The position numbers and the translations under genes are program-made. Positions 48,489-58,785 of a stretch of DNA of 64,000 bases are shown one piece after another (the stretch's first letter is position 1; each line of letters starts with the position of its first letter). The DNA is from an uncultured Candidatus Saccharibacteria bacterium (GTDB lineage: Bacteria > Patescibacteriota > Minisyncoccia > Phycocordibacterales > CAIZLB01). The notes under the pieces are model-generated. The model saw only the letters and a list, made by a program, of their open reading frames with translations. It did no database searches and was not told where the DNA came from. The DNA lies in assembly GCA_964467385.1 (NCBI GenBank), contig CAYXQC010000003.1, positions 37,798-101,797 of the forward strand. Direction: 5' to 3'.

Positions 48489-48758
48489 AGGGTTTTTACG
48501 GAGTATGTTTTTTCTCTATTATACAAGCTAATAACAAAAATACCCATCGCGAGGATGGGAATCTTTGGTGGTATCTCGGGTATCATACCTAGCTATTAAG
48601 TCTAGGGTGGGTACTCCCTACGGGCATAGCTTAAAGCAAATGCACGAAGCGGGATCCCTTATTTTTTGTATAGAAGTTGATACTTCAAGATACCTGTTCC
48701 TATTATGTTCTTTTGAAAAAATTCTGCAAACTTTACAAGCAAATCTAGTGTTTTCTAA

Positions 48759-49400
48759 TTAATTTTTAGCTGCCAAAATACCGTTCATATCGGGCGCGTA
48801 AAGGATTTCTTCGGAAATCATTTTGTAATCCACAATTTCTTCAGGTTTAAACCAAAAATTGATCTCATCTTCAGCTTCTTTCACTGATCCTGAAGCGTGG
48901 ACAAGATTTCTAATTGATCTATTGTCAGTTTCTGACATTTGATATGAATCGAGCATAAAATCTCCACGAATAGTACCAACATCTGAGGTTAATGGCTCCG
49001 TGCCGCCGGTAATTTTTCTTACAATCTTCACAGCATGTGCACCTTGCCACACCATAGCCACAACCGGACCAGCCGTAAGATATCGTGTAAGCCGTTCGAG
49101 AATATCTGCGGCTAGTTTTTTCGGATCATCAGTTGGCGGAGTAAGGCCTTTATCTAAAAAGCCTTTAATACTCTTATTTCCAACCGCATCGAACCATCCC
49201 GGATCAAGAGTATAATGCTGTCTGACCATATCCGCAGTTGGGACCATCAGTTTCATTGCTACAAGTTTGAGACCAATCCGTTCATATCGACTAATAATCT
49301 CACCCATCAAGCTTCGCTGAATACCATCTGGTTTAATAATTACAAATGTTCGTTCGTGTTTGTGGTGCTGTGCAGTTTTTTCTGATGTATTCATGCACAC
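48759..49400 (-). CDS. ndk: Nucleoside diphosphate kinase (long form with internal insertions)
   Basis: ERTFVIIKPDGIQRSLMGEIISRYERIGLKLVAMK, GPVVAMVWQG, GTIRGDF, NLVHASGS (active-site His), FWFKPEE. Confidence 0.75.
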   Translation of the reverse strand: MCMNTSEKTAQHHKHERTFVIIKPDGIQRSLMGEIISRYERIGLKLVAMKLMVPTADMVRQHYTLDPGWFDAVGNKSIKGFLDKGLTPPTDDPKKLAADILERLTRYLTAGPVVAMVWQGAHAVKIVRKITGGTEPLTSDVGTIRGDFMLDSYQMSETDNRSIRNLVHASGSVKEAEDEINFWFKPEEIVDYKMISEEILYAPDMNGILAAKN

Positions 49401-49435
49401 AATATACTACTAAATAGCCTTTGCCTCCAAACGAG

Positions 49436-49657
49436 CTATTTTATACGGAAGATTTCATGTTCTTTGGCATTTTCATCACTATCTTTGCTGCGCTGGTCCA
49501 AGAGCATACTAATCCCTTCGGCTATTACATCCATTCGGTGATTGAACTCTTCAGCTAAGGCGCCCACATAACGTTCATATGTTTTTCGTTGCTCCTCACG
49601 TTTTGTGTCAATTATTTCAGCCATCTTTGTGCATATATTACTTCTAATAATGCACAC
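49436..49657 (-). CDS. Hypothetical small protein
   Basis: ORF track only. Confidence 0.25.
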   Translation of the reverse strand: MCIIRSNICTKMAEIIDTKREEQRKTYERYVGALAEEFNHRMDVIAEGISMLLDQRSKDSDENAKEHEIFRIK

Positions 49658-49819
49658 AGTCTATCGAATCAAGATGAAGACACTATCAAAAAATTCTAAG
49701 GAAATAGGCTTATAATTAGGCGTATTTTCGCTATAAAAAAATTAATGAAAATTTTATCCACAAGTTATCACATCACAAAAATTCCAGGGTGCAAAAAGAT
49801 AAGAATCAAAAAAATTAGA

Positions 49820-52780
49820 CTAAATACTGAATGAAGATGTACTTGCGGGCGATACAGAGCGCCCTACTGAAGCAGCGGAAATTGACGCCACTGGTTCCTT
49901 CTTATATTTTTCCATAATCAACCCTTCGACAAGTTCCCTTTCTTGACCGTACTTGAGATATGATAATTCTTTAAGACTTTCAACTATTTCTGGGTTACCC
50001 TTTTCCGGCCATGTAAATTCAATATTGAATGGTCGAACTGGTTTGCCACCAGAAAGAAGCTTCATGTAACAATTCATGTTGTCTATGTTCATAATGTCAT
50101 TTGCACTAAATACTGGTTCAAATTGTTTTTGCAAAAATTCTGCATCTTCTGCACCCACACGAAATACCCCCATATTTCCAACGTTTCCGAATACAGCATC
50201 CTTAATCTTGTCATCGAGTTGAGCAATAAACTGGTGAGCAACCGTAAGCGAAAGCTTGTATTTTCGTGCCTCTGAAAGGATGGTTGAAATAGACGGTGTT
50301 GTAATGTTTTGGAATTCATCAATATATAGATAGAACGGTGGCATATCTTTTCCAAATGAATCGACACGAGAAAGTGCCGCCATCAAAATCTTTCCAACCA
50401 AAATAAGTCCGATAAGTGAAGAGTTAATGTCACCGAGTCGCCCTTTTGCAAGATTTACAAGCAAAATCTTTTTGTTGTCCATAATCTCTCGGAAATTGAA
50501 GCTTGATTTTTCCTGTGCAATAATCGGCCGCATAATATCGTTTGCCAAAAACACATCGAACTTGCTTGTGATATATGGCACCATGTTCTGAAGCGACCCT
50601 TCACCTCCTGCTTTCTCGGCAATATCTTTCCAGAATTGCACGACGATTGGATTTTTACATCGACTGATCTTCATATCACGGAAACTTTTAACCGCCATCA
50701 CTCGTGACACATCGAGAAGCGTCGAGCCACTGTCAGGATCTTCAATCACAAGCATCGTAGCATTTCGGAAATACTGTTCGAACATTGGACCCATAGATTC
50801 AGGTACACCACCATAAAGCTTTTGGAAAATACTGAAAAGCTCATTCACTACGAACGTCTTTTGTTCAGGATTTGAGCGATTGTATTCGAGCATATTAAGC
50901 GCCATCGGTCGATCAGTATGACTCGGGTCAAAGTAGATCACGTCCTCATAACGCTCTTTTGGAATATGGGCCAAAATATCCTGTACATCAGAGCCGTGCG
51001 GATCTATGAAACAAACACCTTCGCCATTCTTGATATCCTGAAGAATCATATTTCGAAGCATGGTTGATTTACCTGTTCCGGTCTGACCGATTGCATAGAA
51101 ATGTCGAAGTCGATCTTCTGGAGTTAAGAATACCGGTGTAGCAGTGTTCCGATGCTTGTTTGTACCGAGAAAGAGGTTTCGTTTTGATGAGCCGTCTGGT
51201 AACTTTGTGAAATCACCTGGCATACCAAGTGGTGCAGGTGCACTACCTGCTTTTGTCTGCTTGAGCTGATGCGCACCAACCACCGCTTCAGTTGGAAAGT
51301 GCATGATTGTAGTAAGTTCTCGAATAGAAGCAGGCATGACAATATTCTTATCAAACAATCGATATGTGTAGGCATGTGCAAAACTTGTTATCTCACCCTC
51401 TTTTTTGCGAGAAAATACTATAGTATTCCCGAGCGAATTTTCAAATTGACCAAAAGATGACTCGATACTAGTTAGAATTTCTTCAGCTCTCTGGCGATTT
51501 TCAGCGGAAGCGAGCACACGAATATTACTCTCAATGACAGGCGTCTGAAGCTTAGCTGTGATCTGCTCAACCGCAATAGCGTCAACAACCTTAGGTTCAT
51601 CTTTTTCTTCTTTATCCTTTTTTGTTAGCTCTTTGTAAGTGTCTTTTGTAACCTGCTTAAAAGTTTTTGTGAGATTACCCCAAACAGTGTGACGGATGTC
51701 CGTTGCTTTCTTCACACTCTCCCCTTTTTGAATACTGTCGAGAGCTTCTTTGTACTGCTTATTGAAATATTCACCAGCAGGATTAAATACGAGTTGAATT
51801 GCAGCTCCTTCACCATATTTAGAAATTTTTGAAAGAGCATTCAAGATGACATTGAGCGGATCATGATCGAATTGTTCGTATGTTTTAATCGGAAAGATTT
51901 CTCGTCGTCCTTGCTTTGCCGATGAACCAACTGTCACACCGGCTTCATTGAAAATATTGTAATTATCTTTTTTCTCTTCGAGTTTAGCATCTGGGAAAAT
52001 AGAAAGGAATTGTTTTTCAAAAATCTCCCGCTTTGTATCAGGAACTGTTACGTAAAACACAAACTCATCCGCACCATTGGAAACTGCAAGCTCAATGGTA
52101 AATTGATTTTCAACTTTTTCGCTTCCGTACTCTGATTTTCCTGACGGCAAAGAATTTGCGAGCATGCCAGCATAAAATTGTTCCATTGAAGAAATAAGTT
52201 CTTTGAGGGTTTTTCGTCTATCTTCATCTGTATTCGACTCAGGCAAAGCAACTTCGTAAAGTGTCTGCTTGAGTGACTTGGCGATCGGAAGTGTTTCCTT
52301 TAGACCCTGCGCCGGATAACCCTTCTTAAGGTATTCAACCAAAAAACGATGGAAATCAGTGTCGATATGAGGATTATTCATACCATAAGCAACCTGAATA
52401 GCATTCAGGATCCCCTTTTCGTGCATAATTTTCATCAATTCTTCCATACGACTATCGTGAAGTTCTGGTGAGAGATCGAGAATAATTTCCCATTGCTCTT
52501 GAGCTGGCATCTTAAAATGCTCATGCAAAACCTTGTCAGCATCTTGCTGGCTATAGTGTGCAATTTCTTCGCTAATGATCTGCTCTTGCTGATGCGCCCG
52601 CTCAGCCGACTCAGGACTTGAGGTTAGATGCTGTTCCCGACTCTGCACAACACTACGCAAATAACTCAACTCCTCTTCAAGAGAAGCAAATTTTTTATTT
52701 TCATAAATTGCACTTGAATTTGCACCGTGATTTTTAAGATCACTTTTAGCATCTTTAAAATTGCCTTGCTCGTAAGACAT
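49820..52780 (-). CDS. VirD4/TraG/TraD-like P-loop ATPase (type IV secretion DNA-binding-domain family), 986 aa
   Basis: Walker A GQTGTGKST, Walker B LYIDEFQN, downstream LTVAHQ; large non-conserved N-terminal region. Confidence 0.5.
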   Translation of the reverse strand: MSYEQGNFKDAKSDLKNHGANSSAIYENKKFASLEEELSYLRSVVQSREQHLTSSPESAERAHQQEQIISEEIAHYSQQDADKVLHEHFKMPAQEQWEIILDLSPELHDSRMEELMKIMHEKGILNAIQVAYGMNNPHIDTDFHRFLVEYLKKGYPAQGLKETLPIAKSLKQTLYEVALPESNTDEDRRKTLKELISSMEQFYAGMLANSLPSGKSEYGSEKVENQFTIELAVSNGADEFVFYVTVPDTKREIFEKQFLSIFPDAKLEEKKDNYNIFNEAGVTVGSSAKQGRREIFPIKTYEQFDHDPLNVILNALSKISKYGEGAAIQLVFNPAGEYFNKQYKEALDSIQKGESVKKATDIRHTVWGNLTKTFKQVTKDTYKELTKKDKEEKDEPKVVDAIAVEQITAKLQTPVIESNIRVLASAENRQRAEEILTSIESSFGQFENSLGNTIVFSRKKEGEITSFAHAYTYRLFDKNIVMPASIRELTTIMHFPTEAVVGAHQLKQTKAGSAPAPLGMPGDFTKLPDGSSKRNLFLGTNKHRNTATPVFLTPEDRLRHFYAIGQTGTGKSTMLRNMILQDIKNGEGVCFIDPHGSDVQDILAHIPKERYEDVIYFDPSHTDRPMALNMLEYNRSNPEQKTFVVNELFSIFQKLYGGVPESMGPMFEQYFRNATMLVIEDPDSGSTLLDVSRVMAVKSFRDMKISRCKNPIVVQFWKDIAEKAGGEGSLQNMVPYITSKFDVFLANDIMRPIIAQEKSSFNFREIMDNKKILLVNLAKGRLGDINSSLIGLILVGKILMAALSRVDSFGKDMPPFYLYIDEFQNITTPSISTILSEARKYKLSLTVAHQFIAQLDDKIKDAVFGNVGNMGVFRVGAEDAEFLQKQFEPVFSANDIMNIDNMNCYMKLLSGGKPVRPFNIEFTWPEKGNPEIVESLKELSYLKYGQERELVEGLIMEKYKKEPVASISAASVGRSVSPASTSSFSI

Positions 52781-52846
52781 ACTAAACTACATTATACAGG
52801 CAGTTTGGAGCAAGCGAAAGAAGTAGTGAAAGAAATTACGATTAAT

Positions 52847-53416
52847 TTAATTTGATTTTTTGCCCGCACGACCCACGTCCTTGTTTCGACGCAAGAACTT
52901 TGAATTTTTCGGTAAGAATTCTCCAAGCCACTCAAGCTTTTCTTCGTGTGAATTAATTTTTGTATCAATTTCCGCATATTTTCGCTCGCACTTTTCCCAA
53001 ATAAGATCAACTTTTTCTCCTACGGCCGAGATACGCCACTGATACTCTTCAGTCAATGCTCCAATATGACGGGCAGTGTCTTCGTTGAACTGCAAACGCT
53101 GCTTTGTGAGAGCCTTTTCGAGAGCTTCGTCCAAGGTTTCCTTCATTTGTTTCTTCATATCTTCCTGAAACCACAAACGCTGCAGCTGCAACTGTTTTTT
53201 CATTTCATTTGTATAGATAATTCCCTGATTTTCTATATCAAGCCTAAGAAGCGCAACAAACTCGGCCAGTTTATCTTCAAAAGACTTAGAGTGCTCTCGA
53301 AATCGTGTATCGAGCATAGTCTCTAGCTCTTCGTGTGTTACATATTCTGTTGTATGTGCCGTGCTCATATGTATGATTGACAACATAATAGCACCAGCAC
53401 ATGAAGCCACTATCAA
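52847..53416 (-). CDS. Hypothetical coiled-coil protein
   Basis: ORF track; heptad-rich, charged. Confidence 0.3.
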   Translation of the reverse strand: MIVASCAGAIMLSIIHMSTAHTTEYVTHEELETMLDTRFREHSKSFEDKLAEFVALLRLDIENQGIIYTNEMKKQLQLQRLWFQEDMKKQMKETLDEALEKALTKQRLQFNEDTARHIGALTEEYQWRISAVGEKVDLIWEKCERKYAEIDTKINSHEEKLEWLGEFLPKNSKFLRRNKDVGRAGKKSN

Positions 53417-53532
53417 AAAATTCTAAAGAAACTTGTGTATAAATATAAACTGAACCTAGAAATAAAGCTCAAATACGAAACGAAAATACTAGTTGTCTAG
53501 TTCTCCGTAATCCTCCAACACCTTGTCGCCAA

Positions 53533-54378
53533 TTAAATCTCTGTCAAAACTTCCGCACCATCTTCAGTAATAGCAATAGTATGCTCAAAGTGTACACTCC
53601 TTTTTCCATCCTTAGTTTTCACCGTGTATCCATCTGATTCTAGGATAATTTTTTCTGAACCTTCGTTAATGATTGGTTCAATCGCAACAACGGCACCAGG
53701 CACAAGTACAGGGCCTTGGCCTTTTTTGCCAAAATTTGGAATGAACGGATCTTCATGAACTGCAAAACCTACACCATGTCCACCAAGGTACTCTGCCATA
53801 TGAAAACCATACGTCTTTGTGTAGTACGAAAGCGCTTGCTCGATGACATTTCCAATATCGCCCGTTTTGATGCCATTTGGAAAATCTGTTCGCCAATTTT
53901 TACACGCTTCAACTGCGGCATTTAGAGATTCTCTCCCCGCTTGAAGAAGTTTTCGCCCTTTTTCATTAGTCTTATCCTCGCCTCCGGCGCAAATAGTAAC
54001 GGCACTGTCTACAATTCGCCCTTTATAAGAAATTCCCATATCAAGAGTAACAATATCACCAGGAAGAATCACCTGAATCTTTTCATTCGGAATACCATGG
54101 ACTACCACATCGTTTACAGAAAGTACAAGTGCAGCTGGAAACGGTCGATCGGCACCTTCAGGGGTATAGCCAAGAAAAGCGGGGGTTGCCCCAGCCTCAG
54201 CAGTTAGTTTTCGAGCCAAATTCTCAAGATCAAGAGAAGTTATAGACTTTGCAGATTCACCTGGGGCCACGTTGAAAGCATCCTGGACTGCTGCCTCAAG
54301 CGCTTTCAAAACACCAGCCAAAATCTTCCCCGCTTGGCGTAAAATCTCAATATCTTCCTGTGTTTTAGTCTGTAACAT
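53533..54378 (-). CDS. map: Methionine aminopeptidase type I
   Basis: M24 motifs: ...DIVTLDMGISYKGRIVDSA..., GHGVGFAVHEDPFIPNFG, AIEPIINEG. Confidence 0.85.
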   Translation of the reverse strand: MLQTKTQEDIEILRQAGKILAGVLKALEAAVQDAFNVAPGESAKSITSLDLENLARKLTAEAGATPAFLGYTPEGADRPFPAALVLSVNDVVVHGIPNEKIQVILPGDIVTLDMGISYKGRIVDSAVTICAGGEDKTNEKGRKLLQAGRESLNAAVEACKNWRTDFPNGIKTGDIGNVIEQALSYYTKTYGFHMAEYLGGHGVGFAVHEDPFIPNFGKKGQGPVLVPGAVVAIEPIINEGSEKIILESDGYTVKTKDGKRSVHFEHTIAITEDGAEVLTEI

Positions 54379-54417
54379 TGACCCTACTGTACACCAATCT
54401 GGCCTTATAGACCAGAT

Positions 54418-55029
54418 TTACCAACTCAGCCTTTTCTCGATGTCAGTAGCAACTTGATCAATAGTTTGCTCACCTTTTACATGTACAAATTTGTAACCTG
54501 GATGCTTTTGGAAAAATTGAACTGCAGGCATCACATCAGTGTCAAACCACTCGAGTCGTCGCTCGATAAGTTCCATACTTGCATCATCACCTCTACCCTC
54601 TGTTTTACTTCGGGCCATAAGGTGTTTCTTTGACCATTCTCGACTGACATCGATATAAATAACAGTAGGCTTCTCGCGACCATAAAAAGAAATTGCTGAA
54701 TCGAACACAAGCGCTTCATCACATGAACGTGGCATGCCATCCACTACAAGATGCTCCTCACCTTTCATCTCCTCAATAAGCACATGTGCCCAGTTCCAGA
54801 TGGCCAAAAAGTCTGGCTGCCGACCGCCATTCTTAGCTACCCGAGCAGCTATCTTATTTGTATATCCATCGAGTTTTATAAATTCACGGAAACGTGCACC
54901 TGTTTCAAGATACATGATATTTCGTTTTTGCGGATCGTGTTTTTCCAAATGCTCACGCAAAATTTTAGCCTGTGTTCCCTTTCCACAACCAGATCGTCCG
55001 ATAAAAATAAAAGTTTTAGGTGCAAACAT
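54418..55029 (-). CDS. adk: Adenylate kinase-like nucleoside monophosphate kinase
   Basis: P-loop GRSGCGKGTQA and conserved position between map and secY. Confidence 0.6.
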   Translation of the reverse strand: MFAPKTFIFIGRSGCGKGTQAKILREHLEKHDPQKRNIMYLETGARFREFIKLDGYTNKIAARVAKNGGRQPDFLAIWNWAHVLIEEMKGEEHLVVDGMPRSCDEALVFDSAISFYGREKPTVIYIDVSREWSKKHLMARSKTEGRGDDASMELIERRLEWFDTDVMPAVQFFQKHPGYKFVHVKGEQTIDQVATDIEKRLSW

Positions 55030-55311
55030 GTTTTGTTACGTGCCGAGTTTTTTAATGCGCGCTTGATTTACGAATTTATTTTATCACATATAACGTTTCA
55101 AATTTTTGCGTAGCGATTTTATACAGAGAATAAATCTAGCAGCTTCACAAGATAGACAAAATACCGCAGACACCAATAAACGTACAAATAGACACCCTAC
55201 ACAAATATGCTAGGATAACGCCAAAGCACATGTGTGCTTTGTTCAGAAACTTTACACGTTAATTCAGTCCAACCCTTAGCGGCCATTAAACGGCCATAGA
55301 AAGTTAGCTCT

Positions 55312-55944
55312 ATGACAATTCAATTCATTAGTCTCGGTCTTGCAAACGATCATGAGTTTGGCGACATTGTTGCCTTTCTCACCAAGATCAGGCATCTCGT
55401 GACACCAACCGCTGCGGTTATCTGCGGACTGATTGGAATCCTTCTCGGATCCATGTTTCGTCGTGTTTGGGAGATCCGACATGCGTACGAAATCTCCGAG
55501 AAGGATTGCCATTCTCCAAAAACCTACGATGATGCAGTTGCTCACTATGTGATGCTCACCATCAAAGCTGTGGGCTATAGCTGCGTTGCGTACGCAATCA
55601 CGATTGCAGCAATCGACCTAAGAATCTGGTTCACCCTATGCTCAGGCGCATTGATCTTCATTCTCCTGAAAACACCTCACGTGTTCAAGCCGAAAGAAAA
55701 CTATCCTCCGAGCACAGTACCCCAGCTTTTGTTCGATAGAGTGTCCGCGTTACACCTTGAGGTTCTGGTGTTTTCTATAGGATTTCACATCTGTGGATAC
55801 AGGGACACTCCGCCGATCTCGCTTCTTGTTGTCGCAATCGGGCTCGTTTTTTTCGACTGGATACACATCACCCGTCGTGAAGAAGAGGTTTGTCGAGAAA
55901 AGACAAAAGTGACCAACTCCAGGAAAACCGTTACCTCATCTTAA
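55312..55944 (+). CDS. Hypothetical membrane protein
   Basis: ORF track; 4-5 hydrophobic helices. Confidence 0.3.
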   Translation: MTIQFISLGLANDHEFGDIVAFLTKIRHLVTPTAAVICGLIGILLGSMFRRVWEIRHAYEISEKDCHSPKTYDDAVAHYVMLTIKAVGYSCVAYAITIAAIDLRIWFTLCSGALIFILLKTPHVFKPKENYPPSTVPQLLFDRVSALHLEVLVFSIGFHICGYRDTPPISLLVVAIGLVFFDWIHITRREEEVCREKTKVTNSRKTVTSS

Positions 55945-55986
55945 CGTCCTTTACTTTTTCTCGGATTTACCGAATTCGGTCGATAT

Positions 55987-56026
55987 AAAACCACCTCTTA
56001 GGAGAAATCCTTCGAGGTGGTGTTTT
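55987..56026. terminator. Bidirectional terminator hairpin
   Basis: AAAACCACCTC-TTAGGAGAAATCCTTC-GAGGTGGTGTTTT. Confidence 0.45.
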
Positions 56027-56352
56027 AATTCCCAGAAGCGTATGTGCGTCCATTCATTTACGAAACCTGCCAAACATGTCCGCCATTTTCCAATACAGAA
56101 AACAAATTCCTTGCAAAAGCAGTGCAAATATTCCAGAGAATTCTGATTCCAGGCCAGTAAAAATACCCGCCGTTTTTGATACACGTCGTTTTGTTTTTTT
56201 CATAGCAATGCAATCTATGTGTAGTTTTTAGTGCTTGTTTGTGTAGTTCTATGGTCGTATATTTTGAACAAAAATGTCCGAACAACATCATACAAAAGCG
56301 AGATGAATTCTCTATAAAATTTATCTAAAAAATTTCCAATCATCATTCACGC

Positions 56353-57282
56353 CTATGCCAACTTCAACACAGGTACAATCTGCTTCTTTCGAGAAACAAC
56401 TCCTTGAAGTACATGAGTATCGCCTTCTACGTTTACACCAAATGAAGCCGCTACCACACTTTTTGTAAAATCATTGTACGTAAACACAGTCGCTTCTTCT
56501 TTGAGAATATCAATTACAAAGAAAAGCACATCATCGATGTCACCATCTTTTGCAATCACTTCACCAATCGCTTTCACGATGCCATCTTTTCGCGCAAGAA
56601 TAGATGCAGGATCAGTAGTTTCAACAACTGAGATTCGGATATTTTTATCCCCTACTTCGAACTTCTTGCTATCGATATGAATGAGACCTGTATCAGTAAA
56701 ATCTGAAACGTCTGACTTTGCTTTGAACATTTCATTAGCGTATTCGGTGATGTTGAGTCCAAGTCGTGTGGCTAGCTTTTCAGCAATCGCCTTATCATGA
56801 GGAGTAGTAGTCGGTGATCGAAACTCGAGCGTATCAGAGAGAATACAAGAGAGCATAATACCGGCGATATCCTCCGGCATAGTATCAGCGTGAGCACCCA
56901 TAAGGTCATGCATAACCGTCGCTGTAGAAGCTACAGGCCGTATAGTCATTTCGATAGGTCCTTTGGTTTCAAGGCCTCCTACGAGCTTGTGGTGGTCAAT
57001 AATCTGCATAATATTCGCCTCATTTACTCCAGCTAGGAGCTCCTGAGGGTTGTTCGTATCCACAATCACAATATTGTCGTCTGGAGTAATTTTTTCAAGA
57101 AGTTGAGGTTCGCTGTGACCCCAACGGTTGAGTACAAACTGAGTTTCTTTGTTGAGTCCGCCAAGCACGTAGCTTTCAGCTTTATAAGTAGTGTGGGTAT
57201 TGAGATACCAAGTCCAAATAATGGCGCAGCTTGTCGCATCGGTATCAGGTGAAATATGGCCGAAAACTTTGATTGTTGTCAT
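56353..57282 (-). CDS. ppaC: Manganese-dependent inorganic pyrophosphatase (family II, DHH)
   Basis: VFGHISPDTDA (DHH motif I), DHH, C-terminal QGVVSRKKQIVPVL close to the family II PPase C-terminus. Confidence 0.8.
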   Translation of the reverse strand: MTTIKVFGHISPDTDATSCAIIWTWYLNTHTTYKAESYVLGGLNKETQFVLNRWGHSEPQLLEKITPDDNIVIVDTNNPQELLAGVNEANIMQIIDHHKLVGGLETKGPIEMTIRPVASTATVMHDLMGAHADTMPEDIAGIMLSCILSDTLEFRSPTTTPHDKAIAEKLATRLGLNITEYANEMFKAKSDVSDFTDTGLIHIDSKKFEVGDKNIRISVVETTDPASILARKDGIVKAIGEVIAKDGDIDDVLFFVIDILKEEATVFTYNDFTKSVVAASFGVNVEGDTHVLQGVVSRKKQIVPVLKLA

Positions 57283-57352
57283 GGCTACATCATACAGAAA
57301 ATCGCCGGTTTGACAAAGGATTTTTGGTGAAATTTAGGTGAAAATTATTTGA

Positions 57353-58657
57353 CTAGTACTCCCGCATCGACAACTGTGCATCAACCTTTTTTGTAATATC
57401 AAGTACCACTGACACTACGATAAGGAGACTTGTACCACCAATCGTCAAAAACTGAATACCGGTAAACGCTTGGATAAGCGGAGGAAGAACTGCAATGATA
57501 CCAAGGAAAAGAGCACCTACGAGAGTAATTCGAGTTACAACTTTACCAAGATACTCTTCAGTTGACTGACCTGGTCGAACACCTGGAATAAATGCCCCAC
57601 TTTTCTGAAGATTCTCTGAAATACCCTTTGGATCAAAAGTCACAGCTGTATAGAAGAATGTAAAGAAGAATACAAGCACAAAGTATGCACCAGCATAGAA
57701 CCATTGATTTTTCATCAAATCAGTTACAAACGCATGCACCATATTGATAGTTGGATTCTGCAAATATGTAAGGAAGTTAAGAACCATCTGTGGCAAGAGG
57801 AGGATAGAAAGCGCAAAGATGATAGGAATCACACCAGCCTGATTAAGTCGAAGTGGAAGATATGTAGAACCGGCACCACCAAGAGTACGTCCACCGTGAA
57901 CCTGCTTTGCGTATGTCACAGGAATCGGTCGTTCCGCTTCAGTAATAAGCACCACAAGGAAAATCATAAGAAGAGCAAATACCGCGAGTGCGATATAAGT
58001 GAAGAGTTGGTCCTGAGTGAAGGCATAGAAAATATTTGAAGCAGCTCGAGGAATAGCAGCAACGATACCTGCAAAGATAATCATTGAAAGACCGTTACTA
58101 ATACCAAACTCAGTCATAATTTCACCAAGCCACATCAAGAAAACAGATCCTGAAACAATCACAAGTACGTTTGTTGCAAGTCCAAACATATCGAGATTTG
58201 CGACAATCCCCTGCCGTTGCAAGATCACGATAAAACCAAAAGCCTGAGCAAACGCAAGTGGAACCGTTAGAAGTCGTGAATACTGCGCAAATTTTCGTCG
58301 GCCAATCGCACCTTCTTCTTGATACATCGCCTTGAGTCTAGGAGACATCATTGTGAAGAGCTGCATGATGATAGAGGCGGTGATATATGGACCAACACCA
58401 AGCATTACAAGAGAAAGTGTCGAGAGACCACCTCCAGAAAAGATATTGAGAAGACCGAAGAATTGGTTATTATTCAAAAATTCTGTAAGAGCAAGTTGGT
58501 TTACTCCTGGAATCGGAATTGCTGAAAGAAGTCGAAACACCGCTAGGAGACCAACTACACAAAGTAGTCGCTTTCGAAGAGTTGAATCCTGGAACATATG
58601 CTTAATTTTCTGTATGAATTTTGACATGGTTTTATATACGATATGATTCAGTATCAT
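57353..58657 (-). CDS. secY: Preprotein translocase subunit SecY
   Basis: 10-TM pattern with GGGLSTLSLVMLGVGPYITASIIMQL and the conserved C-terminal region. Confidence 0.9.
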   Translation of the reverse strand: MILNHIVYKTMSKFIQKIKHMFQDSTLRKRLLCVVGLLAVFRLLSAIPIPGVNQLALTEFLNNNQFFGLLNIFSGGGLSTLSLVMLGVGPYITASIIMQLFTMMSPRLKAMYQEEGAIGRRKFAQYSRLLTVPLAFAQAFGFIVILQRQGIVANLDMFGLATNVLVIVSGSVFLMWLGEIMTEFGISNGLSMIIFAGIVAAIPRAASNIFYAFTQDQLFTYIALAVFALLMIFLVVLITEAERPIPVTYAKQVHGGRTLGGAGSTYLPLRLNQAGVIPIIFALSILLLPQMVLNFLTYLQNPTINMVHAFVTDLMKNQWFYAGAYFVLVFFFTFFYTAVTFDPKGISENLQKSGAFIPGVRPGQSTEEYLGKVVTRITLVGALFLGIIAVLPPLIQAFTGIQFLTIGGTSLLIVVSVVLDITKKVDAQLSMREY

Positions 58658-58785
58658 ACCGCCAAATTGGATAAATAGCTACCTTTTAAACCGTCTTTTT
58701 GTGGCCTGTTAGAGGACAATCGAGAACATTCTAAAATACCCCTGGAACGCAAAAACTTCGGTCGCCCGAAGTTTTTTGAACTCTA

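Noticed and set aside
48489-48758. Possible structured ncRNA (hairpins such as CCCATCGCGAGGATGGG) in the 270-bp gap before ndk
   Set aside because: No match to any RNA family I can recognise by eye (not SRP, RNase P, 6S or 5S-like). Left uncalled.
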